Part shown: positions 9,392-19,913 of the stretch, one piece after another
How the letters are laid out: each line of letters starts with the position of its first letter
How positions within the stretch are numbered: the stretch's first letter is position 1
Assembly (NCBI GenBank): GCA_000004985.1
Contig: GG738915.1
Origin: Naegleria gruberi
Taxonomy: Eukaryota
Length of the DNA stretch: 64,000 bases
Reading direction: 5' to 3' (one strand)
The notes under the pieces: generated by a model
The model's input: the letters and a program-made list of their open reading frames with translations, nothing else
What the model was told of the DNA's origin: nothing
Database searches by the model: none
Translations under genes and position numbers: made by a program

Positions 9392-12300
9392 ATGAATCAA
9401 CATTCACGTTCAACAAGATCATCATCCACTCCAACCCATAGCAATACCACCACAAGACAACCACAACAACAACAGCAACAACAATCAATTTTGCCACAAT
9501 ATAAAGATGTAATAGACAAGGTCAATGAGCCACTCTCACTCATCTACTTTGAATCGTCATCAGACGCAAAGGCTGCTAAAAGAACATTAAATTGGGGACT
9601 TTACTTTTACGAGCATGGTGAATATATTAAATCGAGAGAGGCTCTAATTAAATGTGGAGAAGTTATTTCGAAAATCAATTCTAAACTTTCTACCATTAAT
9701 AATAATAATGGCTCGACAATTTCATTATCATCAACAACATCTCAGGGAAATACAGAATTAGTACAAGGTAAGAGGAATTTTCAATGATTGCAAGTGTCAA
9801 TCAATTATAATGACAATTTAATTTACTTTAATAGTTGGAAAGGATTTACTTTATCGAATTATTCTACTTGTGGAATGTTTGGATAAGATTATGAAAGCAA
9901 AACATCAACAATCCATTGTAAAGAACCAAGCAACCAATTCACCACCTAAAACAACATCAAAACCAAATTCAACACCAACAAACAGTTCTTCTTCTAGTAG
10001 TAGCAGCACTCAGGGAACACTTTCTAGAATATCGAGTGGCATATTTTCAACAATCACGAGTAACTTTACATCTATCAAGAGTAATCTTCAGAAGGAGGGT
10101 TCCTCTTTGAATAATACTAATGGTAATAATGGTAGTAACTCGAAACTGATTCAATTATTCAACAATGTTGGAAATGTACTGAAAAAACCAAAGGAAGAGG
10201 TTGCAATACCCAATCTAGCAGACTCTTATGTACAGGATCAATATGTGTTTGTGGAATTTATAGATGAGAAGAAACCTAATGAGCAACAACAACATGTACA
10301 CAGCAATTTAACTAATTCTCCGAACGATGGAAACATCCCTCCTCTACAACAGGTCAGCTCCTCTAGGGATTCTCTCTCTAAATTACAAAAACGTTTGCAA
10401 ACTGTAATGAAAGGCTCCTCAACAACAACGAATACATCTTTACAACATCAACAACCACAACAGCAACAACAGGTAAATTTGACAGGTAGTGGTTCCTCCT
10501 TGTCAGCTTCCTCTCTTCCAGGTCCAATCAGATTATCCCTTGATGCCTTGCAAACATCAGCGTCTGCAACATCACCAAATGGAGAAGTGAAAAGAGGTCC
10601 ACAAACATCCAGACTCAAATCTTTTATTCAATACATGGAAGAGAGGAGTGGAACATGGAGTCCTGAAACAATTTCTGAGGAAGAGGTTAGGGAGATGGTG
10701 AGAGTACTCAATGAAAATTTAAAGATTTTGAGTACCTCATCAAATTACAAAACAATGGGAATTCTGGCACAAATGTACGATCAAATACGTCCCTATAAGA
10801 AGCAAGTTCTGAAAGAGCTCTCCAGTCAATCAACCAAAGACAAGAGCAAGAAGATTTTAATGTTAAAGAAAATTATTAGTATTGCATTTTCAACCAAAAT
10901 GGTAAATCACTATATTTCAAAAGAGGAAAATTATACAACACTTCAGGAAAATTTCCTTCAATATTTCGAGTTGGATCTCTTTACATTGCATTTGCTGAAT
11001 ATTTATGCAGCAGCTGAAAACTTTGATCACACAAACTTTTGCCTTTCACATCTAGTTGCTAACATTGAGCTATTTTCACAAGCAATTAATGATGTTAATC
11101 AATACCAAGTTGAGAAGAGACAAATTTACAAACAAGTGGATGAATTAATTTTTGGCCACCTCAGAAATAGAATAATCGAGTTGAAGTGGTGTTTTGGAGT
11201 TGACACGTTTGCATACGTGACTAATGATTTCGACAGTGACGCTCTCGAGTCACTAGAATTACTACTCAAGTGTCTTGATGGTTGGCTTAAAATCAAAACA
11301 CAAATGGGTGACTATAGTGTAAATAATAGACCAACAATAGCAGCCATTTTAACAGAATGTTTGGCTCATTTTGTAAGAAAATTGTACATTCTCAACAGAG
11401 AAATGATATCAAATAATTTGAAACAATCTCCTCATTTGAGAGGTTTCTTTTTGGAAGCATCTTTTGACATGAATCTCTCAACATTTGTTGTAGATGAGAC
11501 GAAACAATTGTGTTCTAGGTTTGCTTCCTACTTTGACAAGTATTTTGAAAATACTGCTCAATTTAAAGATATTGTAGCAGTCGAGTTTTCTAAACATTTA
11601 TCAGTGGAAGTTAAGGCATTCTGTCAGGAAGCTCTCAAATATCAACAGGCATGTATGGAACAAGCAAAGAAAAATAAGTTTTTGAGAGTTTACTTTAACG
11701 ACTTGAATTTGGGTGTTCTGAATAAGTTGGTGTCCCACTTTGTGACCAAGTACAGAATTCTTCAAGAACTGTCGCCATGTGTAAAAGATTTTGAAATTGA
11801 ATCTTTCTATGAAATTGTGAGTATGTGCATTACAGTTGCTACTCCAAACAGACTGAAAGATTTTTACTCAAAGGTCATGAGTATGGACACACTAGATAAA
11901 CCAATCGACAAGACAGTCCTTTATACATTCTCCTGTATAGATATGGCTAATGCAAGTCTCAAACCAATTCACATGATTTACAATTTGGACACTCTTATTA
12001 GAAATGGAAATGACAAGTATTTGAGTTTTTTAACTCTGCATTTTGAAGCTATTAGACCAACCATTTCCGAATATTTACAATTAATGCTCAATAGATGTAA
12101 ATATGAATTATCCAAAGTGCAGGGAAATGTCCATGACAGAATACGTTTAGCATGTATTGCCTTCAACAATGTCAATGGACTTTTCATGTATGCCAAAGAT
12201 ATCCTGCAACAATTTAACAGTTCAGTATGTGATCAACTGTTGGAAGACTATGACAGAAAGGTTAATCCAGAGGAAGAATCTGATCAGTTCAACATTAATA

Positions 12301-13226
12301 TACTCCAAGAAAAGTTGATTCAAGTTTATGATTTTCCAAGCGTAAAATCCATCACAAATGAGATAAGAATGGTCACTACAGATATGGCCTTCTTTATTGC
12401 TGACTGGTTGTATAATATGAATGAACAGAGATTTGAGGCAATTTTTAACATTGCATCCAATGGTTCACCTCAAGAAAAATTGTTCATTTTCCTGTCCTCT
12501 TTGGATAGGTTTTTTATGCATTTGTCAGACAATCTCTACTTGGAATTGTTACACGAGGTTCTACGACACTTATATGTAATCTATGTACAAAAATTAGTAA
12601 GAAACAAACTCTTAGGATACAAGCAAAAGAGTCCACTGAACGCCTCTGAATTACTTTCTCCTATTACTGGTATGGATGGTGCAACACCATTCTCTCCAAA
12701 TACATCACCAGTTCCATCACATTTTCCTACCTTTGAATCATCCCAGAAAGTAACTGTTCAATTATGTTTGGATGGACTCAAGGATTTATTCAATGCTTCA
12801 GGAGAAGGTTTGGATTCAAAATTCCTCGATCAACAATCACGAGAATTGGACATTTTAATATTGATCTATAATGACGAAACAGATATTTTGATTAATTTAT
12901 ATGAGAATCTTATTGGAGAAAGAGTTGATGATAAGTATTTAACAAGTCTCTATCAACGATTGGCACCTCAATCACCAAATTTGAACATGCCATCGTCTGT
13001 CTCAATGCCATCATTGGATGATAGTGATTCTATTTCCATAGCAAGTAGCAGCAGCTCTACAGATTCATTCATCCTGCTTTCACTCCAAGAGGCCATCAGT
13101 AGTAAGAGAAAGAATTCTGATTTCCTTTCTCCAGAACTTATTCTCCTCCTACTCAATCAGAGGAAGAAAGATAGAACAGCTAGATCATATGCAAGAAGGA
13201 GACTGAAAGAATTGAAAGAAAAATAA
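9392..13226 (+). CDS. Large hypothetical protein (1255 aa), mostly helical, with a possible N-terminal MIT-like helical segment
   Basis: join(9392..9767,9835..13226). The 67-nt intron is GTAAGA..AATAG in phase 1 and joins the two listed ORFs in frame (3768 nt). PolyQ (CAA/CAG, 9464-9484) and S/T/N-rich linkers are present. I did not recognise any catalytic motif. The MIT-like guess rests only on DAKAAKRTLNWGLYFYEHGEYIKSREALIKCGEVISKI. Confidence 0.6.
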
Positions 13227-13281
13227 ACCATTTCCAAGTCTTCCCAGAACTTTCTGATAATTCAATACTTGGAATGTTGGA

Positions 13282-15529
13282 TTATTTGGTGTTTGGAGTA
13301 TCAACAAAATCCCAACGTGAGCAGTCAACAACCAATGACTGTGCCAATAATAATCTCATTTTACAAATCCTATCGTCTGGATCAATGCTAGCAACTTGTT
13401 CTAGTAGTTGCTCTGCAGAAATAGGATCAAACCTATCTCGGCAAAATAAGTGGGAAATAGCTTTCTCAAACATTTCTTTAGTTGACCGTTTCTTACAATT
13501 TTCAAAAGGTATAATTTCCATAATTTCTACGTAATTTCTCTTACCCACTACACAGATTTTCCCAATCGATCGACAACTCCCTCCCTCTCCCAGAAAAATC
13601 GGTGAACAAGAATCAGTTACACTTTTCGATACTAGAATCTTGGCATCGTAATATTTCGTCAGAGATTCTAATCGAGCAGATAAATTGACTGCATCCCCAA
13701 CTATGGTTGGATCCATTCTCTTTGACTCTCCAATCAAGCCAACTGCACATCGTCCTCTGACAATTCCACATCCTATTGAAATAGGACCAACGATTGGTGA
13801 CACACTCTCATTAAAAACCAGAACACAATTTTGAATTTCAATCGATGCTTTCAGTGCATGGCCTGGCTCTGTAAATAGGGCAATAAATCCATCACCTTAA
13901 TAAAGTTCGTTCATAAATTTCTAAATTCTCGAATGAACATACCCATATATTTATCAATATATCCACAATTTCTCCTCACAATCGGACCAACCAAAGCCAA
14001 ATATCGATTCAATAATTTGAACATTTGATCAGTTGGTAGCCTCTCACTCATTGAAGTATAATTTCGAATATCAACAAACATAATATCCAACTCCTTCTCA
14101 AAGAAATCACCATGATGCAAATCTGTCACCTTCTGCTTATTGATAATGGACATGAATTCTCGTGGCACGAATTTGTAAACCATATCCTCTTGGAGACGCA
14201 ACATTTTCTTCCAAGGTCCTAGAATAGTTTTCGAAAATAGCAACGCCACCAATGCTGCCACAAGAACCACAATTACTATAACAATGGTAAATGCAATTAA
14301 TGAATCGGTAGCATTCAAACCAATTTGATTCGAATAGTCTAATAAGACCAATCTCATTCGATCTTCCACAATCCCTAAAAGAATTCATGCACAGAGTCAT
14401 GTTAAAAAACCATTCTTCAAGTGTATACTTTGTTAAATTTTGATAATTATCCAAGACATAATCTTCCATACTCTGACAGATATTTTGCTGAGTATCATTG
14501 AGAATATTTGTAAGGAATTCTGTGTAAATTTCATTGGATGCCTGAAGAGAGAATAAGTGTCGAACCAAGATTCCCTATAATACATTTAAAGATTTTGGTA
14601 AAAGTTGTTTTTCTTACACCACAATATTCAAAATTACTTACTTTAATGACTGCTTCTTTGAATGAATCAATCGAAGCTTGAGACAAACTTCCATTCATAA
14701 ATCCAAATGTTCCATAAATTCTTCTAATTCCTCGATATTCCCTAGCTGCGGAAAGTAAGTTGAATGAATTGTGAATTATTGCAAAAGTTGGATCCAAACT
14801 TTGACTTGTTACAACTCTAATCATATCATTGATCAAAGAATCCCAATCGTTGATGTATTGGATTGTTGGTAAAAAGGTTTCGTTCGTAACATTCTCCACT
14901 TTCATTCTCCACTCTCCAACACCTTTCGAATAACCAATGACCTTTCCCAAATAATCCTCAAACAAATACCACGTCCTTTTCCACTGTTCATTAATCAAAA
15001 TATCGTTTGGGCTTACCGAAAGTGCGAAGAACCTTTCGATAGCATTGTCAGTTCGATTTCTTGCTTCAGCTAATTCAATTGTATACTGCCTCTTATGAGA
15101 ACCTAGATAAAGAGATGTGATTCCTCTTTCATTTTGCAAACAATCACCAAGTTCTGAGAGATGCATTGTCACTCTTGATAGTTTTTTAATCTCATTCGCA
15201 TGGTTCAAGTTGACCGCAGCAGAATTAATCAGTAAGGCACCAAATACTGCCATAGGAATCAAGCAAAATGCAATAATGAGGGCCAATTTAATGATGAGAG
15301 GTATTTTCTCCAAGATTCTTATTGGAAAGAAACTATTAAACAAGGATTTGTTCATTATGGATTGAGAAGTTATTTTGGATTTGTGTCCTTTCTCAGTGAT
15401 TGGAACTGTGGTTGATGGTTCCTCGAAGGTATCTGGTACAGTACCAGATATACGTTTTGCATGCAATGTTCTTTCTGCATTGTGTTCTACTTGTTGTTGT
15501 TGGGGCGTTTCAATATTCGAAACCTCCAT
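13282..15529 (-). CDS. Receptor-type class III adenylate/guanylate cyclase: TM, NIT-like sensor domain, TM, then cyclase catalytic domain
   Basis: complement(join(13282..13895,13943..14374,14472..14574,14642..15529)), 2037 nt = 678 aa. Introns are 67 nt (GTAAGT..ATAG), 97 nt (GTATGG..TTTAG, the least certain junction) and 47 nt (GTATGT..TAAG). NIT-like motif: LQNERGITSLYLGS. The sensor region is flanked by hydrophobic helices (LIIKLALIIAFCLIPMAVFGALLI and IAFTIVIVIVVLVAALVALLF). Cyclase motifs: DIMFVDIRNYTSMSE, and YIDKYMG|DGFIALF restored across the third intron. A further cyclase motif is GLIGESKRMDPTIVGDAVNLSARLESL. Confidence 0.8.
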
Positions 15530-16440
15530 GTTTTTTTTTGTTGGAAGAGTAGTACAAGGTTGAACGAATCAAGAAGGTTTCCTCGTTTGTGTGAGTATTT
15601 TCCATGTTGTGCTTACAACATCCATGACTGTGAAGTTCCAAAATCGATGTCTGAATCTTGCAAAATGGGAAGAGATTACAACATTAATTTGTGTAGGTTT
15701 GATGAAAAGGAAAAAAACGCTCAATCTAAATGTTAATTTTCACACAAAAAGGGACAAGATGTTACCCAATATTTATCCCAGGGTTTCAAGTTAAATTCAA
15801 TTTATCTGAGAAATGTCAAATAATTCATATGTTTATATTCTCAACAAGGAGAAATGTAATCATCGATAATAGGTTCAATGCATCGAATAAATCACCACCA
15901 TGAATACATTTTAAAAGTTTTCATCAATCAGACACGCAAATCGAGAATAAATTTTGCAAGAGTGTTTTGTATTTTTGTAATGGCAAGCACCTTTTCAAGA
16001 ATATTACCCAATTGATGATCATAGTAATCAATGGTATCTTAATTGATGTGAGCAAACATTAGAGAATGAGTAATTTACCAACATAAAATCAATGCTATTT
16101 GTTCATTGTTTTCAACGTGTTGACTTATCTGACATGTCAAGCTGCTTAATCATCTTTGTATTGAATTTAAATTGATATGCTCATTGGATATAACCTCAAG
16201 AGGACCCGCCTTCTTCCGTTTGCTGGATTCTCCCTTCCATTCAATATTGGCTATTATTTCCATTCGGATTGTACTAAATCTGCCCTTAATATATTTACCC
16301 AAATTTCTTATTTTCAATGCTAATCCTAGCCCGAGGAAGAGGTCAATCTTTTTGTCAGCTGGAACCTCAATCAATAATAGGAGAGGTAGAATATTCATAT
16401 CCTCACAAAGAGGAGAAGGGCAATCTATAATTGTGCTCTC

Positions 16441-17790
16441 ATGAAAAAGAAAATGAATCCATTTGCCTTGCTTGATTTCCATTTGCCTCATAGATTTTCC
16501 TTACATGGTACGGAATCAAAGTATTTTGATCAGGTGCATGTTACCAAGGCCAATGATGAACATACTACTCTACAGGCAGTTGTTGGTGGTGATTCACCAA
16601 CTTGTTTAAAAGAAGAACAATCTTTATGTAATACTAATAATAATAATGGCGGAAATTGCTCCCCTTGTAATACTATGACCAATATTAGAAATAATACATT
16701 AAATAATCAAAGTGATGGATGTTGTCTCACTGAAGAAGACTCTGAAATATTGAATTGTTACTACAGTTCATCCATGTTTCTTCATGTGATCGCAAGGCAA
16801 GAGCTTGAACGTTTCTTACAAGATTCATCATCCAATTCCTCAAAGGCCAACACTCTGGAAATGATAGAAATGATGACCTTGTATTATTCCATCAAGGCAA
16901 CTTGTGAACTCCAGATGGGACGAATGGACAAATATGAAATCTCGGGAATGAAGGCAATGGAGAATCTTGTCAAACTTTCAAGTACAAACTTGGCGATTGC
17001 TGGAAGCTACCTTAATATGTGCTTGCTTGAATTGTGGAATGATAGATTTGATATTGCAAAATTGTATTTTGCAAAGGTTATGACCTTCAAACCATACTTT
17101 GAGAATGCATCGGAAGGACAGTATGAGTACAAATTATTGAAAGATGACCTCAATATCTCAGTCAAGTTATTGGAGTATACTCTATTCAATGCTGATGTTA
17201 ACAATCTTCATCATTTATTGTTTGAAAGGTTTCTTGTAAATTTACCAACTCTCTTTTCGTATTATAGAACTGGGCAAGCGCTCATTAATGAATGGAACCA
17301 CATTCTAAAGAATCCTCACCTTATCAATTCATCAAATTGTATGCAAGTTCATATGCTGATATTGACACTCTTGAGGGATTGTAAAAAGTATGAAGAAGAT
17401 ACAAAGGGACGATCAGAAAATCTCACTTTACTGTACGACTTTTTGGAAAGTGGGATAACATTGGCTCTGTTATCCAAATGCTCTGAAAAAACGCCCATGA
17501 TTGAGTATACCATTGAATCAAGTGCAAAGAGAATTGTCAAGTCAATTAAGAATCCAAATTTTGAATCTGCTCCATTTGAAGTGATCATTTATCTTTCATT
17601 TGCTGCAGAGCATCACTTGAAAAGGATTCTACAAGGTGTTTTATCAAGAGACTCGATGAATTATGTTGAAATGCTTCGAGATACACTCAATGCATACAAA
17701 TCTCTTCAATCCAGATTTAAAATAGCCAATTTTTACTATTATGGGGGAGTATTCCAACAAGTGGATTTATACTTCTGTAATAAAGCGTAA
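16441..17790 (+). CDS. Paralogue of the adjacent Zn2Cys6 factor that lacks an intact zinc cluster
   Basis: Single 449-aa ORF with a true ATG. It shares the N-terminal MNPF[AL][LV]LDFHL motif and ~330 aa of collinear C-terminal similarity with the 18007 gene. Examples: LYYSIKATCE[LC]QMG, LPTLFSY, KNPHLI[ND]S[ST]NC, ALLSK, YLSFAAEHHLK vs HISFAAEYHLK. Only scattered Cys (GGNCSPCN...DGCC) sit where the cluster would be. Confidence 0.7.
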   Translation: MKKKMNPFALLDFHLPHRFSLHGTESKYFDQVHVTKANDEHTTLQAVVGGDSPTCLKEEQSLCNTNNNNGGNCSPCNTMTNIRNNTLNNQSDGCCLTEEDSEILNCYYSSSMFLHVIARQELERFLQDSSSNSSKANTLEMIEMMTLYYSIKATCELQMGRMDKYEISGMKAMENLVKLSSTNLAIAGSYLNMCLLELWNDRFDIAKLYFAKVMTFKPYFENASEGQYEYKLLKDDLNISVKLLEYTLFNADVNNLHHLLFERFLVNLPTLFSYYRTGQALINEWNHILKNPHLINSSNCMQVHMLILTLLRDCKKYEEDTKGRSENLTLLYDFLESGITLALLSKCSEKTPMIEYTIESSAKRIVKSIKNPNFESAPFEVIIYLSFAAEHHLKRILQGVLSRDSMNYVEMLRDTLNAYKSLQSRFKIANFYYYGGVFQQVDLYFCNKA

Positions 17791-18006
17791 ATTATCCAAT
17801 TGACTACAGTTCCTTAATCTCTATAATAAAAATATAACCATACAACCAATTGAGTTAAGTGTTTTGTTTTGGGGCGAAGGACTTTCCTCCAATTAAAATT
17901 TCATCCTGAAACCTGTACAACCGATCCCTTATCACCATTGATCAATGATTATTTCCAAGATTGAAACTCTTTCATCTGCCTTAATCAAAAGTGTGGAGGC
18001 TTTTAA

Positions 18007-19719
18007 ATGGTTTGTTTACCTTCCTTATTAAATCAACCATTTGAAAAAAAATCAATGAATCCCTTCCTAGTGCTCGATTTCCACTTATCGGATGAGAATT
18101 TGTTCTTCAATCCTAACAATTTTCAGCCGGTAACCTTTGCAAATAACTGTACTTTTATTCCACAATTACAACCTCTTCAGACTCAGCCTCAATATATTAC
18201 TTCAACAACAGCATCAATAACTAATCACAATACTTCTATTAATCAACATCCTAATAATATCCAACAACAACAACTCCATCACAACAAGAATGGTTTCAAC
18301 CAACAACAAATACCTTCCTCATTCCAGAACGACTCTGTCAGTAGTTCCACTTCCTGCGATCCGGCCACTACACATGGAGGAAGCCGAAGCAACCACAACT
18401 CTGTTACAACAAATCAAACTGCTCTTGAGAATGTAGCAGAAAATGGCACATCTCAACCTTCAGAAGAGAACGCTAACTGTGATAATGCAGATGGAACCAT
18501 TGCTCCAATATCTTGTGATGCATGTCGTTCTAACCATCGTCGATGTGATCGTATCAGACCTTCATGTCAAGCTTGTAAAATAAGAGGAATCCCATGTAAC
18601 TATAGTATGAACTTTAAGAGAAGAGCCAAGTTTATTAACAATAACAGATTGAAGGATGAAGATGTTGCAATTTTGGATGTTTATTACACAGAGTCTGGAT
18701 ATCACATGGTTTCAAGGACAGAGTTGGAACAATTCTTGTTAGAATCTTATAAGTGTAACGGCTCTTACACAACACAAGATATGAAAGAGATGATAGCCCT
18801 GTATTATTCAATTAAAGCAACCTGTGAGTGTCAAATGGGTCAAATTGACAAGGCAGAGTTATCCGCAAAGCAGGCAAAGGAGTATCTTTCCAAAGTATTT
18901 GATTGCTATACCAGTATGAAGGTTGCTGGAACCTATCTCAACATGTGCTTTTATGAACTGTGGTTTGAGAGGTTACACACAGCCAAGTTTTACTTTCAAA
19001 CTCTACTCTTCTTTAAAGAAGCTCTTGAGAACTCAAAGGAAGAAACAAAGAATTCCATTAGAGAGCATCTAATAATTACAATCACCTACTTGGAGGAGAC
19101 CATATTTAACATTCAGGATAAGAAGAACCTTCATGAGAGAACCTTCGACAGGTTTTTGCTGACACTCCCAACACTCTTCTCCTATTTGAAAACTTCAGAT
19201 TGTATGTTTGGTAGTGACTGGGATTATTATTTGAAGAATCCACACCTAATTGACTCTACGAATTGTGTACAGGTTAATACACTCCTTCAAAATCTATTGA
19301 GAGAATGTAAGAGGTATGAACAGAATAATTTTGGAGGAAATCCAGTTCTGGATTTGTACTATGATGTCATGGAGAGTGGTTGTACATTGGCACTGTTGTC
19401 AAAAACTAAGGAAATGAATTCAATGATGGATTATGTCTTGGAGAGAAGTGCTACTACTATTGTAAATTCGATTAATAACCCTAAATTTGAATCAATGCCT
19501 TTTGAGATTCTTCTCCACATTTCATTTGCTGCAGAGTATCATTTGAAAAAGGTGAGAGAGGGCATATTTATGGGTAGTATGAATAATTGTGATTATATTG
19601 AAATGTTGAGAACTGAATTAAGAGCCTACCAAACCCTACAATCAAGATACAAGATTGCCAAGACTTACTTTTATGGTGGAATATTCAAGAAATTGGATGA
19701 CTATTTCAATAATCAATAA
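18007..19719 (+). CDS. Zn(II)2Cys6 (GAL4-type) binuclear-cluster DNA-binding protein
   Basis: Single 570-aa ORF with a true ATG at 18007. It carries a perfect C-x2-C-x6-C-x6-C-x2-C-x6-C pattern, CDACRSNHRRCDRIRPSCQACKIRGIPC, at nt 18514-18597. The N-terminus is Q/N/S-rich. The C-terminal domain is shared with the upstream paralogue. Confidence 0.8.
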   Translation: MVCLPSLLNQPFEKKSMNPFLVLDFHLSDENLFFNPNNFQPVTFANNCTFIPQLQPLQTQPQYITSTTASITNHNTSINQHPNNIQQQQLHHNKNGFNQQQIPSSFQNDSVSSSTSCDPATTHGGSRSNHNSVTTNQTALENVAENGTSQPSEENANCDNADGTIAPISCDACRSNHRRCDRIRPSCQACKIRGIPCNYSMNFKRRAKFINNNRLKDEDVAILDVYYTESGYHMVSRTELEQFLLESYKCNGSYTTQDMKEMIALYYSIKATCECQMGQIDKAELSAKQAKEYLSKVFDCYTSMKVAGTYLNMCFYELWFERLHTAKFYFQTLLFFKEALENSKEETKNSIREHLIITITYLEETIFNIQDKKNLHERTFDRFLLTLPTLFSYLKTSDCMFGSDWDYYLKNPHLIDSTNCVQVNTLLQNLLRECKRYEQNNFGGNPVLDLYYDVMESGCTLALLSKTKEMNSMMDYVLERSATTIVNSINNPKFESMPFEILLHISFAAEYHLKKVREGIFMGSMNNCDYIEMLRTELRAYQTLQSRYKIAKTYFYGGIFKKLDDYFNNQ

Positions 19720-19913
19720 ATAATCCTTACTATTATACTATTGTATCATGAGGATAAAGCACAAGTGTTCGAATATACAATCCAATTCAAGTTAGGCCGT
19801 ACGATTTGGTTTCCCTTCCTGTTCCGCCCAAAATCAGATGTGCACAATTATAAATTCCATTCCCTTATTACTCCTTCCAGCTCATCAAAAGGAATAAAAT
19901 CATCTTAAAGAAA

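Noticed and set aside
16150-16491. A 113-aa minus-strand ORF, and the 90-aa plus-strand ORF at 16172-16444 that overlaps it on the opposite strand, near the start of the 16441 gene.
   Set aside because: Neither has a motif. The minus-strand ORF overlaps the true ATG of a well-supported gene, and together they look like a stop-free accident in a promoter region.
19741-19800. A GTTCGAAT T-loop-like string (19767-19774), together with other GTTCRA matches, considered as tRNA candidates.
   Set aside because: The flanks cannot be folded into acceptor, D or anticodon stems. I found no convincing cloverleaf anywhere, although hand-scanning 64 kb for tRNAs is not exhaustive.
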